The translations under genes and the position numbers were made by a program. 64,000 bases of DNA from assembly GCF_018977255.1 (NCBI RefSeq), contig NW_024704742.1, positions 19,036,001 to 19,100,000 of the forward strand, given 5' to 3'. This DNA comes from Callorhinchus milii. Lineage: Eukaryota. How positions within the stretch are numbered: position 1 is the stretch's first letter; each line of letters opens with the position of its first letter. The notes under the pieces were generated by a model, which had not been told where the DNA came from, did not search any database, and saw only the letters and a program-made list of their open reading frames with translations. Of the stretch, positions 1 through 13,024 are shown piece by piece.

Positions 1-14
1 ACTGTTCTCCTCTG

Positions 15-297
15 CATTGTCCATAATCCCTTCTCAATTCCTCCACTCCACCATCGGTGTGCAGCTGTGCTTCAGCCACTATGCCCCGAAGCTATGGAAC
101 TCCCTCACTCAATCCCTTTGCCTTGCCCCCTCTCTCCCCATTTTCAGGTTATGCTTGAAGACCTTCCTCTTCAACCGTGCTTATGGTCACCTCCCCCTCC
201 CCCTGGCTCGGCATCAGACTCTGCCATTGTTAAGTGCTCTGGGATGCCGCCCAGTGTGGAGGGCGCTATATAAATGCAAGTTGTTGTTGTTGCTGTT
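15..297 (+). mobile_element. L2-type LINE 3' fragment
   Basis: ORF2 C-terminal remnant (FSHYAPKLWNSL...LKTFLF), ending GGCGCTATATAAATGCAAG(TTG)n. Confidence 0.75.
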
Positions 298-742
298 GTC
301 CTGTCCTGTACTTCCAAACAAGTCTACTTGATTACAACCGGAAGCTCGGATGCAAACTTTTAACTGTCCAGCGCCTTGGGACGCCCTTCAGACATGAAAG
401 GCAAGACATAAATGCAATTTATTGTGGTTGTTGTACTACTGTCCTGTACTTCCAAACAGTCAATTCATGTTACAGTATATTCTGCGAAGCACTTTTTGCC
501 GTCTTGACGATGTGATGATCAGGCGCTATATCAAATGCAAGAATTATTATTATTTTCATTATTACTAAACAAGTTACTGCTTTCTTTCAGAACAGATTCC
601 ACTGAAGCTCAATGTGTTGGCATATTAAAACGTGTCAAGCTCACTTGGCTTGCCATCGTCGCCGAGCTATGTTTAGAGATCTCAATGTAAGATACGCTCA
701 GCAGCCCTGTTCAAATTGTTTTTTAAAAGCTCGGATGTGTCT

Positions 743-940
743 ATAATAATATAATGATCCTTGCATTTGATATACTGCTTTTTCACGTCTTCTAGATGTC
801 TCAAAGCGCTTCACAGAATAGACTGTAAAGTGAATTGACCGTATATTTATGGGCGAAACGCGGCAGCCAATTGCGCACAACAGTTTCCTACAGACAGTTG
901 TGGATTGAAAACAACCAATTTATTATTGTTTTATTTCTTT
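743..940 (-). mobile_element. SINE, 3' half, (TTA)n-tailed family
   Basis: Matches copies at 51406 and 32025. Confidence 0.8.
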
Positions 941-1202
941 CAATGGATGTGGAGTGGCACAACTCAGCCCCTCTCCCCCAACGCATTGCTGGCTGTGGTC
1001 TGTTCCACACTCGGGGAGGAAGGGGCCACAAAGGCTCTGATGAACCCCCTGATTGAGACGCCGTCCACACGCACTACCCCCACCCCCACCCCCCCCCCCC
1101 CACCCCATCCTCTTCCCAAACCTCGCTGCTCGACCTGCATTTAGGTCACTTGGGTCAGTGTTGCGTTTGGCATCTGCATATATGCAGAGGTGCTTTGACC
1201 AC

Positions 1203-1947
1203 CAGGGCAGGGCAGGGCAGGGCAGGGCAGGGCAGGGCAGGGCAGGGTGGCAGCCGAGCTGACCCACCAGGGCAGGGCAGGGCAGGGCAGGGTGGCAGCC
1301 GAGCTGACCCACCAGGGCAGGGTAGGGCAGGGCAGGGCAGGCAGGACAGGGCAGGGCAGGGTGGCATCCGAGCTGACCCACCAGGGCAGGGCAGGGCAGG
1401 GTGGCAGCCGAGCTGACCCACCAGGGCAGGGCAGCAGCCGAGCTGACCCCCCAGGGCAGGGCAGGGCAGGGTGGCAGCCGAGCTGACCCCCCAGGGCAGG
1501 GCAGGGCAGCAGCCGAGCTGACCCCCCAGGGCAGGGCAGGGCAGGGTGGCAGCCGAGCTGACCCACCAGGGCAGGGCAGCAGCCGAGCTGACCCCCCAGG
1601 GCAGGGCAGGGCAGGGTGGCAGCCGAGCTGACCCACCAGGGCAGGGCAGGGCAGGGTGGCAGCCGAGCTGACCCCCCAGGGCAGGGCAGGGCAGGGCAGG
1701 GCAGGGCAGGCAGGGCAGGGCAGGGCAAGGCAGGGCAAGGCAGGGCAGGGCAGGGCAGGGCAGGCAGGGCAGGGCAGGGCAGGGCAGGGCAGGGCAGGCA
1801 GGCAGGGCAGGGCAGGGCAGGCAGGGCAGGGCAGGGCAGGGCAGGCAGGGTAGGGCAGGGCAGGGCAGGGCAGGGCGGGCAGGGCAGGGCAGGGCAGGCA
1901 GGGCAGGGCAGGGCAGGCAGGGCAGGGCAGGGCAGGGCAGGGTGGCA
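1203..1947. repeat. Compound G-rich satellite: (GGGCA)n interrupted by 11 copies of a CCGAGCTGACCC-containing unit
   Basis: Read directly from the sequence. Confidence 0.97.
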
Positions 1948-1949
1948 TT

Positions 1950-4450
1950 TCGCCCTGACACCATTACCGCGTTCATCTGTTGCCATCAGTATCCGCGATG
2001 CGAAACGCCAATGCATTATAATTTTATTTAAACACTCACAGGTTGGTCTGTGTCTGTGACCTACACCCCGAGCGATCCGAGACTTTGATTTCTCCCCCAT
2101 CTCCTCCCCCCCCCCCCCAACCCCCCCCTCCCCCCCCCCCCCCCCCACCCCCTCCCCGTTAGCTTTTATTGCTTATGATTTAAGGGATTTGCAATGCAAA
2201 GATCCACATCGAGTCCCCGCGCAGTAATGTCACTGCTCGATCAGAAATAAGACGGGGACCTGTTAACTTTCTTCAAGGAAGAGCTTTTCCGATGGGTCTC
2301 CATCACGTCCTTCCTTTCTTAGCTCTTCCACCGAGTTGTCCTCCTGTTAAACAAAAAGGACGCGTCTCCCCGTCCCGACGAGGCGTTGCTGCGAATCTTT
2401 CAGTCGCCATCCAAAGTGGTCACGAAATTGGAAGCAAAGTGCAAAATCCACATCACAACGTCGCCTCCGATTTTATTTTGTTTGCATTTCGTTCTTACGT
2501 TCTTATCGGATGGGACCCACCGATCATTGCAATCGCCGTGGGAGTCAACAGACTTAACCAAGAATAAGATCGCGTCTCATGTCATGTGTGTCACTTCGGC
2601 TGATACATTTGGGCTGCGAAAAAAAAACAAAAAAAAAATGTGATTTACTGTCATTGTTTTGGGTCATGAAGCTGTTCTGGCAAAAGCTGTGCAACGCATT
2701 TCAATATTCTGTTCATTTATGCTTAACCCAAATTAGCACATGGTGTAATATGTGGGTCGCAGAGATGCTCCAAAACACAGCCCAGTCTTGTCTGGAAGGT
2801 TGACCAAACGTGCGTATAATGTGCAAAACACACGAAGATCACAGTTGAGTCGAGTTATTGGTGTTAACGTTATCGATTAAAAAAAAACTGCATACACCCC
2901 CGATTAAGGTATCAGTGATCGCGCCAAATTTTAATACATCGATTACCTGATATTAGCAAAGAAGTGTTCGTCTCGTGTCTGTGTTTACAGTCTGCAAAAA
3001 AGCATTAATAACCACAATGAGAATAATCCTCAGAGAAACATTGGGAGGGATGATGTGGTCCATGACCCTGATTCTTGGTCGAAATTACTTTCCAACAATC
3101 CTGTAGATGCTGAACGTTGGATAACATCAAACACTGCAAAATTGAAATCAATATCTTGGAATTGTAGGTCAATAAAATTCTGTGCTGCAAATTAAAAAAA
3201 GCAGCAGGGATTATTATTATTATTATTATAAGCTATTATTTTTGAAGAAATGTAGATTCTCCATTGTTTGATATAATTGCAGTTTATATGAACAGCATTT
3301 TGCATTAGGTTAATGTATGTAGGTGGTTACTGTCATCTCAGTATCTCAGACGAGTGAGTTAATGAATGTATGGGGACTGAAAAGCGTTAACATGTTATGA
3401 TTAACATGTCGCATGTCGATAACATGATAAATCTCAAAGAACTGTGTCAAGGACACAATTAGTCACCTGCATGAACATTTCACAGAGGGGATTTGTTTCC
3501 TTTCCCGACCAACTGCTTTGGCTTCTGCCAGTTTTGCAAATACACCATTAAAACAGTGTTAACGACGAGATGAAAATGAATAGGGGCGACTAAAAGCAAA
3601 GCTTTAGGAAAAACATGGAGGTTTTAATGAATCACAGTGGAAGCCTTCTCTGGATTGGTAGGAAGGGACGTGTCTCAGTTCGGTGACTGATCGGTTGTGT
3701 TCGTGTGGGTTCGGCTTTATTAAGAATCAGGACATGTCTCTGGCAGTGTGGATGTAGTGAGAGGTGATGCTGGGTAAAGCGCAGTGCTAACACTGCTTTT
3801 CACATCTCCCCAGTGCTCCTGCTCCCGTTTGCTGCTATTTTCAATCGAGAAAGAGTCAGCCCTCACTACCTTTTTATTCTTCTGCTTTTCTCCCTCCCTC
3901 CCTCCCCCCCACCCCCTCCACCCCAACCCACCACCCACCATCACATTCTTGAAGCGACAATATGCAAGGGATCTGAGCTTTACAATCCTGAAAAAAAAAG
4001 GAAGGATTATACCCTGGTTGCAATGTTTTCTTCGGAAATGCAAAAGATTATGCAGCATATATCTGCCTTCCTGGTTTCTTGGTTTTGCGGACTGGCGGTT
4101 GCCGCTGCTTCCCCAACCAGCGTGCAAATAGGTGAGTTTCTGCAAAAAAAAAGGAAAAAAAGGGCAAAAAAAAAAGTAGTGCAATTTGCATTTTCTGTGT
4201 TCTGTTCGTTCGCTCATATAGTCTCATCCATGGATCGCCGTTGCATCTGCATTCCCTGTCGCGAATCGTTAGGTTGGGGTTGAATATTTTTCACAGATTG
4301 CAAAAAAGTAGATGCATATATATATATATATGTAATATAATAATATATATTAAAAAAAACCTCGTTTACGGTAGCATTTCTTAATGCTTTGTTATTGCAG
4401 TCTCTATCATGTCAATTTAAATAACTTGGCGATCGACGTGATATTTTTGA
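1950..4450 (+). promoter_or_regulatory. Probable GRIA2 promoter and 5'UTR region, relatively CpG-retaining and poor in interspersed repeats
   Basis: Visibly more CpG than the introns and directly upstream of exon 1; transcription start cannot be placed. Confidence 0.45.
4038..4131 (+). CDS. GRIA2: GRIA2 exon 1 (signal peptide MQKIMQHISAFLVSWFCGLAVAAASPTSVQI)
   Basis: ATG at 4038, hydrophobic leader, donor G|GTGAGT, phase 1. Confidence 0.93.
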
Positions 4451-4581
4451 CCACGAGTGCATTTGGCTTTAACTTTACCTTCTGTATGATCATTTCACCT
4501 TCATGCTGAATTTCTTCTAGTTCCAGTAAACACTCTTGTGTGTGTGTGTGTGTGTGTTTTTCCCCCCCTTTCTCTTTACAG

Positions 4582-4722
4582 GAGGGTTATTTCCGAGAGG
4601 AGCAGATCAGGAATACAGCGCGTTTCGTTTAGGAATTTTTCAGCACAATTCACATGAACTAAGGCTGACGCCCCATGTTGACAATTTGGAGGTAGCAAAC
4701 AGCTTCGCCATAACTAATGCGT
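4582..4722 (+). CDS. GRIA2: GRIA2 exon 2 ([16 protein letters not shown]...ANSFAITNA), amino-terminal domain
   Basis: Pyrimidine tract + CAG acceptor, donor GTAAGT, 141 nt. Confidence 0.96.
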
Positions 4723-5673
4723 GTAAGTAGCCTTTCAGACGTTGGCTGCTAATTGTATGGTTGTGTCGGAATGCTTGTGTCCCTCAGTGTAATCGCCAAT
4801 GGCAACTGAGCTGACATCTTTGACAGATGTGCCTGAGCCTGGGGGTTGTCTGGATGTGATGTGGTACCTCTCCTGTGCTAGCTGGGCTGTTCTGTTCTTA
4901 ATATGTGGAAGATTAAACCTTCGTGATGCGTTTAAGGTGGCTTTCCCCCCTTGCCTTATGCCCACCGTCGCATGCAAGTGTGGTACTGTATATCTGTGTG
5001 CTCCTATCAGGCTTTGGCTGAGGCAACATTTGTGGTGCAAACCGTCTGAGATGGGTGATGGCTTCAGTGTCGTGTTGCGGGCTGTTAAATATCGTCAACG
5101 GTACCACTCCTCCCATCAAATGACCCAACGTGCTGTGCCATGGGTGAGGGAGTCACCAGTGGGTTATTGGGTCGGGTCTCAGAGACCATGAGTGGGTTAT
5201 GCATTGTGGCATCTCACCGGTGCTGCAATCTCCTTGCACCGCCCTGACCATCCGATCAGAAAGTTCAGTGTTAAACATACGATACATCTATGGCCATTAA
5301 AGCAAAGTCACATCACTCAAGTTATAAGAGCTTCTTTCTGATGTCAGCAGGAGGCTGTGTCACATCAGAAAAAAGGTGATATACCATTGACGTCATACCA
5401 CTGCAATGCTAAAAGAATATCCCCATCGGCTCTGTGATCTTGACAGGAGGATAATATCTTGAAAGTAATGTCTTACACCCTGGAACATATCTGTACATTT
5501 ACAGACACACACTTAGCAATCTCAAACACTAACCTGAACCATGCATAAGACTAGTTTGCCATTGGGATCAATGCAAAAAGGGACCGTCCTAATTATTATT
5601 TCCCCTAAAGGAAATTAATGCCCCTCTTCAGCCCCATATAAAAGTACAAAGCATCGCCTAACGGTATACAGTT

Positions 5674-5675
<2 letters not shown>

Positions 5676-5707
<32 letters not shown>
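5676..5707. repeat. (TA)n microsatellite
   Basis: Read directly. Confidence 0.9.
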
Positions 5708-5710
<3 letters not shown>

Positions 5711-5993
5711 GAAGTACTCTTTGCACATTGCTGAAAATGGTGGTGGAGTAGGTGAGCGAGGAATTAGCTCCACTGCACCAGATTATCACAGCGCGATGCC
5801 CAGAAAGTGTTACACAAGCATTTCTGGGAGTCACTGGAGAAACAGAAAAGAAGGTTAGAAACGGGAGGGGGAGATCTGCTCATACACACTGTGCTCTAAC
5901 GAGGCGCTGGGGACTCGTACAAAATCGTCGCCACATTGGATAGCTGCTGTTTGTGTTTCTGGGGGTGTCTGTGATCCCCACTCCCTCCCTCAC

Positions 5994-5995
<2 letters not shown>

Positions 5996-6035
<40 letters not shown>
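5996..6035. repeat. (TG)n microsatellite
   Basis: Read directly. Confidence 0.9.
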
Positions 6036-6039
<4 letters not shown>

Positions 6040-8744
6040 TATGCCATACAATGCTGCCTGTGAAGGGGATATAAAACGCAGCAATTAAGATGACTTCATT
6101 CAGTACACAAGGAACCACATACATTCTATTTAAGAAGGCAAATATATATATATATATATACCGTATTAGCCCAGAGCTCATCCGGAATTTAAAATGTTCC
6201 TTCTACCCTTTACTGACTTCTGAAAAATTGCATTTTTAAAGCACTTTTAAAAGGATTATTCTTTTAGAAAAAAAGATTTTTTTTAAAAGTAAATATAGCC
6301 GGGTACCGGAGACAGACTTAGGTACGATTTTAACATTGTTTTTCACCTCTCAAATACATCTGAAATGACATATTTCTTGCTGAAACGCGTCTTGAGCTGC
6401 GGTACCTGGTGGCAGGTGAGGAGTGTGGGTGGAGGATTATAACTGGTTATCTGATCCTCGTTTCAAATGAAAAAAAATACATCTTGATTTGTGGCATTCT
6501 GTTCAAAATTCAACCCAAAGGCAAACAGACACTCCTCTGCCGCCCCTCTGAATTCCTCTCACTCCTTTTGGAATAAATACCAATGCACTGTTAATAGGAT
6601 GAAGTTACTGTGTGCCGAGACGTTGGGCATTTTGCTCAACAGCGTTCAAGTACATCTCAGATTCTTTTCCGCTTCTTCTGATGTGTTGTGGAAACACCTC
6701 GTTAACACGATTTGTGAATGTTTATGCAATGTTTCGTGACACTTTTTTTTTGGTGCCTCAAGATCGTCAATAGTCCTGGGGTTGGGGTCGGGGGGGGGGG
6801 GGGGGGGGGGGGGCGAGGGGGTAAAGGTAAACTGGAGATGAGAAAGTGAGTGAGCTGCAGACTGGTCAGCTGGTGGCTCAATAGAGAGAGAGGGAGAGAG
6901 AGCAGTAAAGTACTGTTACTGTAGATCAGCCTCTCTCCCCTTCAAACCAACAGTCACCAACACAGCTCAGGCAATGCCACTTGAAGTAATATACAGGACA
7001 ACAATTATGTTTCATGTCATTCTGCAGTACACAAAAGGACCCAAGCGACAGCAAAGTGCATGTTGTAATTTGACTCTATATGTATAGATATACATATATG
7101 TAATACTTCATTATGTTCACACCCGAGAGGTTCCACTATTGCTGCTTATTTGCATCATTCCGGTGCTGCAGTGCCTGTTTACGAATAGCTGGTGGGAGCA
7201 ATATCACTCACAAATTAGCTTTATTAAAAAATCCTGTTCTCTCCCTCTCTCTCTCTCTCTCTCGTGTGAATGCAACGTGCCATTTCGGCCCACAATATCC
7301 GCCAATTCAGCGCTGCATCGGTTTGATGCAAAGTGGAGGAACGTTCAGTGTAGCTGTCATCCGGGAGTAATCAATATTAACGGTGTGAGTTTAAGTTTCA
7401 AGTAGTCTGAATGCAGGACATGCCCTTTGCAGTTGTTTTCCGTGAGATGTAGCTGTGCTCAGTGCCTGACCATTGGAACACAAGCGTTAATATGATTCAT
7501 TTATGGCCTCTGGAAGATCTTCCCTCTCTCAGGGCTTGGAGTCTGTTCTGTTAGCGCAAGGGGGCAGGATAGCATCAACATAAATACTCACTGATCCTTC
7601 ACACACTGATCTGCAGTATAGGGTTTCGGGCACTGGTATTGCTTTCCACGCACTGTTGCTATTTCATGTGCCGCAAAGGACCAACGTTTGAAATTTTGCA
7701 TTACGGAAATATCACAAATGATCTCAATGCATTGGTGTACTTAACAGCACCATCCGGAACCTGCAACTTATTGGGTCCCAATCGTGTTTGCAGTGTACGG
7801 ACGTTAACTCCCCGATTTCACATACAGTTGTTGAGATCCATAACGCTCCAGTGTCTGAAACGATTAATATCAGATCGTTTGATGTGATTTGTGACTGTGA
7901 TGGGAGTTTGTGATGGTGCAAAGTTTGGGCAGATGTGATGAGCGATCATCTCCATGTTCCCAATAAACGAAATCCATTGATATTCCTCGGGCTTTTTATT
8001 TCGATCCGAACCTGGACTTTGATGTCTATCTGAGTGCTGCAGTTGAAGTTTCAAAGCTGACTTGGACTTACATATTTTATCGAGGAAGATGTCTTGCAAT
8101 CACGTTCAGCAACAGATCACAGAGACGTTCAGCTTCACCACAATTACATGGGAACAGAAAACAACCACGTTAAGCGCTGTGGGCTGTGTGTGAGGGAGAG
8201 AAGCCAGTGATGGAATAACATTGTTGAACTGGATGCCGTGTGCATTTTGGGCGATTTAAAAATCGCAATGCAATAGCACAGTGCACAGATTGCATTTTAT
8301 CTATGGTTGATGGTTAATCATGCAACGATTGCTGTAATTATATTTACAGCAGGAAATGGATTGATGGATTTTGCACGGATACCTCTGTTGTGGGCATCGA
8401 TTGCTCTTTCAGTTGGATAACATGTTTATTTTCCCCGTCGAAGTGCAAGAGGAGTTTGCTTGTGTGTGGCTTTGGGAGCCTTGTGGAGAGAGGCTACATT
8501 TCTTATTAAATAAGCTCATCAAGAGGAGGTTGGCAATATTTAGGGTTCTCAATCTGCAGAGACCATAAGTAGGACGCAATATAACAGCACAGTTGAGCTG
8601 AACCTCCAAGATGCCAGATTTTTATATCATGCGCCTATCGGATGCATGGGACTGGTTTCCAGAATCAAATCAACTCCTTCAAAAATCATTAATATAAAAT
8701 TATAATATTCCTTGCATTTGATATGGCATCTTTCACTTCGAGCG

Positions 8745-8995
8745 GGTAAAATAAGACAAATTATTTTACACAGAGAGTTGTTAGGACGTGGACTGCCCTG
8801 GTGGGATGGGTGATCGAAATAGTATCCATATTAGATTTCGAGAGGGCACTAGACAGTTATCTGACATGAAGTATTTATAGGGTTATGGGGAAAAGGCAAG
8901 TGAATTGGGCTGAATGGATTGCTCCACGGATTGAATAGCTACCCCATAAACAATGGGTCATAAGGCCTTCTTCTGTGCTGGAGAGTTCAATGGTT
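8745..8995 (+). mobile_element. Decayed CR1 3' fragment
   Basis: Resembles the 3' end of the CR1 at 13025-14799. Confidence 0.5.
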
Positions 8996-10892
8996 CTGCA
9001 CAATCAATATTGTTAAGAACCTAGTAATTCCCATTGGATCACTTTCTCAGCCTAAATACTAATGTTGTAACAGAAACACTGCTGAAATATGTGGAAATGG
9101 TAATACAATAGTATGGCTCCAGAGAAGGATGTAGAGGAGTCATCACATTAATCATTATCGTCAGTCCTAATCGTCATTTTTATATTATGGTACACCATTC
9201 ACAATACTGTTATTATCTCTGTGTCTTTGGCCATTTCTGAAAAATGTAATATTTCAATCTTTTTCTTTATAATACCGACTGCAAACTCAGGAATTATAGG
9301 GGTGAATTTGATATTACACAAAGGATACCAGAAATCCTTATACAGTACTTAAAATTCCATGAGTGTAGAAAATGCATTTCAATTGAACATTCATCACAGG
9401 ATTAATCTCCTTCACTAGAGCAATGCCTTGCACTAAGTAGCCTATGGCACAGACATTCAATAGATTTGTCGAAACCTCTGATCCTCATTTTAGGTGAAAT
9501 GTATTTTTTTGGTCAGCTAGGTATGCGACATATATGGAAATCTATCACCTATGCTTAATAATATCCAAACCAAACTTATGGTGAGTTCCACACATGAAGG
9601 GACATTTCTATTTGTCTGTAGTGGAGTTTGCAGTTTCTGTGCAGGGGGACATACCCTGCTTACCCTGGAAAATATTAGGCTTCGCTGGGCAAAAGCCAAA
9701 GGCTTGGCAAACCCAGAGTGTGAAAAAGGTACTGCTGAGTTTAGCCAGCTAAAACCATGTAATTTACCATTGCAAGCAATATCTGGCAAATCTGTTTTTG
9801 TCTAACCGGAACCACTTCCCAATTTTGCCTGTTGCTTGTAGGATTAATCAGAACCAAATGGGAAGAATTCTTACCCTAATTATTGACCAGCTTTTCCAAT
9901 TTCTGCTGACAAGCCAGGCCGGATGCCCTGTACCAGCAGTGGTTTGCAATATTGCAGACCCGTCTGTCTCAGGACTGTGGAGATTTAACTTGATTTCAAT
10001 ATTCTACTGCTGGACCCACTCAACCCCAAAAAGACCTTGCTTCCCTTCCCACTGCGCTTCTCAGAGATAGTCACTAGTTGATCTTTAGACAGGTGAAATG
10101 TATCAAGTAAGATGGATGGTATTAGGCATTGGAGATACATAGTCAAACAATAGGTAGATATGAAATATATAGAAATGGAAATTTAGTGGAAAGAATAGTA
10201 ACAGGACTACCTAGATTTGAAGAGACAAACATTCTCCAATGGGAACAGAGTCTGAAATGTAATAATTCCGGATAGGCTCAATCTACTTTATTCTGGATTT
10301 ATAAACCTATACATCAATATTAGGCATAATTTGAAGACTGAGAAACATATTATCAGGATGGAAGGGGAAGTAGGATGTTAGTATAGAAGGAAGCGATCTA
10401 GTGAAACAATGGTTAAAGCAGATCGCTGGAGCAAAGTAGAGGGAGATTGCCTCAGCATGTTAACTCTGGTCCTTAATAGTAGTCTAATTTGCAAGTTGTG
10501 TAAACCACCTGTAAGTGTTTGTTAACACGGAATTAAAAATGAACTTAATTGCATAATTATTAACCAATGAAAAGGAACACATAATGTTTGTGTCATAATT
10601 ACGAAATTCAGGTGTCTGTAATCCCCTGTGGATACACTTGTTTACACATGGTTTACACACCCCGCAAATTAGACCCCAATGATTCTAGATAGAGAATGGT
10701 AAATACTTTATCTCATCCATGAAATTCCATCACTCTGATGAACACCCTTCTGCATGACTTTTTTAAACAATAAGCAGCATATTAGTGAAAATAAAGTCAC
10801 TGCTCAACAAAATATTGTTTGTTTAGTTATAGAAATATGTAGTTTAAAAAACAGTTAACATATATATGATTTGTTTAAAAATTATAATAAGT

Positions 10893-11305
10893 ATAATAAT
10901 CATTGCATTTGATGTAGCACCTTACCACGTTATCGAGACGTCTCAAAGAGCTTCACAGGATTTTACTGTGAAGTGAAATGTATTTGTAGGCAAATGTGGC
11001 ACCCAATTTGCACACAGCTATGTCCCACAACAGCCATAATGTAGTGAAGTGAGTGATCAATTTTATCTGGGGTTTGGCCAGGACACCAGTAGAAATGGTT
11101 GAGGTTAGGAAGTAAACTCATTTTAGAAATAGCTTTAGTGGGAAGATACTAATAATAATCCTTGCATTTGATATAGCTTCTTATCAAGTCATCGAGATGT
11201 CTCAAAGTGCTTCCCAGGATATGCTGTAAAGTGGATTGACCGTACTTTGCAGGTGAAATGCGTCAACCAGTCGCGCACAGCAGTGTGCCACAAACAGCTA
11301 TGGAG
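10893..11305 (-). mobile_element. Two adjacent SINE 3' halves
   Basis: AATAATC(A/C)TTGCATTTGAT tails at about 10893 and 11150. Confidence 0.7.
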
Positions 11306-11539
11306 TGAGATAGGGCAGGTATTTAGTAAGGATGAGATCAAATGTGCTGAAGCATCATCTTCAAGTATAATTCTCACGTGCTTCTTTAAACTGATTCTCT
11401 GGTTGAGGCTATCTGACGTGGCACAGACTGGGATTTGAACCTGTGTCTTTCATCTGTATGACAAGTGCTGCACTCACCCTGTCGTTAAAGACTTGGATAT
11501 TGGGAGAAGCGTGACATTGTTTTTTAGAATTTGTTTGTC

Positions 11540-11972
11540 TCCCTGGCTCAGTGGTAGCACTGTCACCTCTGAGTCAGAAGGTTGTGGGTTCAAGCCCCAG
11601 ATCGGGACTTGGAATCACATAGTCTAAGCTGGTACTCCAATGCAATACTTGGGGTTGTGTTGTATTGTCAAAGATGCCATGCTTCGGATGAGACATTAAA
11701 CCGAGGTCCCATCTGCTTATTCAGGTGGACATTAAAGATCCTATCCTGGCACTGAAAAGAGAAAAAAATTGCACGGGAGTTTCTTCTGGTGTCTCAGCCA
11801 AAAATAACTGCAAATAAAATTGGTCACTCACTCATGGCTGTTTGTGGGACATTGCTGTACACACACTGGCTACCACATTTAGCTCACAAAATATACAGTC
11901 AATCCACATTACAATATATGTCGTTAAGCGCTTTGATGATGTAATAAGATGCTGTATCAAATGTAAGGATTA
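11540..11972 (+). mobile_element. Near full-length tRNA-headed, Deu-domain-like SINE
   Basis: A box TGGCTCAGTGG, B box GGTTCAAGCCC, central GATGAGACATTAAACCGAGGTCCC...CAGGTGGACATTAAAGATCC, and the L2-like tail. Confidence 0.7.
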
Positions 11973-13024
11973 TAGCCAACGTAACCAGATCTGATAAAGT
12001 GATCATAAAGATACATTCCTTTCTATGACAAGTGACTGTTTTGCTTGGTTCATTTTTGCTGGTAACGTAATTGAGTTTGAATTTGAAATTGTTGGTTAGT
12101 ACTTCAATTATTCTACATGTTAGTTGTCTTAGCTACCTCATTTGTGAGTTATATATGCTGCAGATTTTAAAAGCAGTTCAATTAGTCATTACCCACTGGA
12201 AGCAAGTCACAGATAGCTGCATTACAGATATCTTGTGTACATTTGATTTGTACGTCTTAATGGTAAAAGCACATTGTTTTTTACTTACTAAGCTCTCAGG
12301 GGAGCACAAATAACATGCTTTAGAAATTTGGATACAGAGTAGCATGGCATACTGAAGCAACATTTTAATGCTATTTGACATGTCGTTAAAAATATCACAT
12401 GGCATATACTTTCTTCAGTAAAAGGCTCCAATAAAATGTTTAGTTTGAGGTTTATTTGGGTTCACAGCTGAGTGAGCTGGTGGGTAAACTGCTTCCAACC
12501 CTCTGAAAATGCTGTTCCTTTAACTGGGCATCGAGTGACACGCAATGGTATTCTGTGAATGAGGTAGTCCTTCCCTCTGCTGCACAGTCAAACTGTACGG
12601 CTTTGGCCTAGCAGCTCCCGACTGCTGTGACGCAATCTGGGAGCTGAGTGGAATGGCAAATCTAATTTGTTTTAACCCATCAGGCAGCATTACATATTTG
12701 TACTCCAATAACTCATGTCATTATGCTGTCTGGATAATGTTAAAAGGATTTCAAATTTTCTTAGTTCAATTCAAAGGTCTCAAAAGCTCATTTAATAGCT
12801 TTGACATGAGCCCACCCGACATTAGCATGTGCAAACTTGTTGGTCATGACATTGACTCCTATTGTAGACCTACTTGTTAATATAGAAGATAATGATAACC
12901 AGTAATGGTGCCCTTGGTCCTTCCAATTATAATAGTTGAGGCTGCTAAATGCCAATTTCCAACATGAAATGCTGATGAGAAAGGCACTATGTAAATTTAA
13001 GTTGCATTGTATTATTGTAATATT

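Noticed and set aside
1245..1680. CRISPR-like repeat-spacer appearance
   Set aside because: The spacers are only GGGCA runs, there are no cas genes, and the DNA is vertebrate
923..2148. Long ORFs of PCPAL/GQGRA repeats (up to 341 aa)
   Set aside because: Translations of the stop-free GGGCA satellite, open in several frames on both strands
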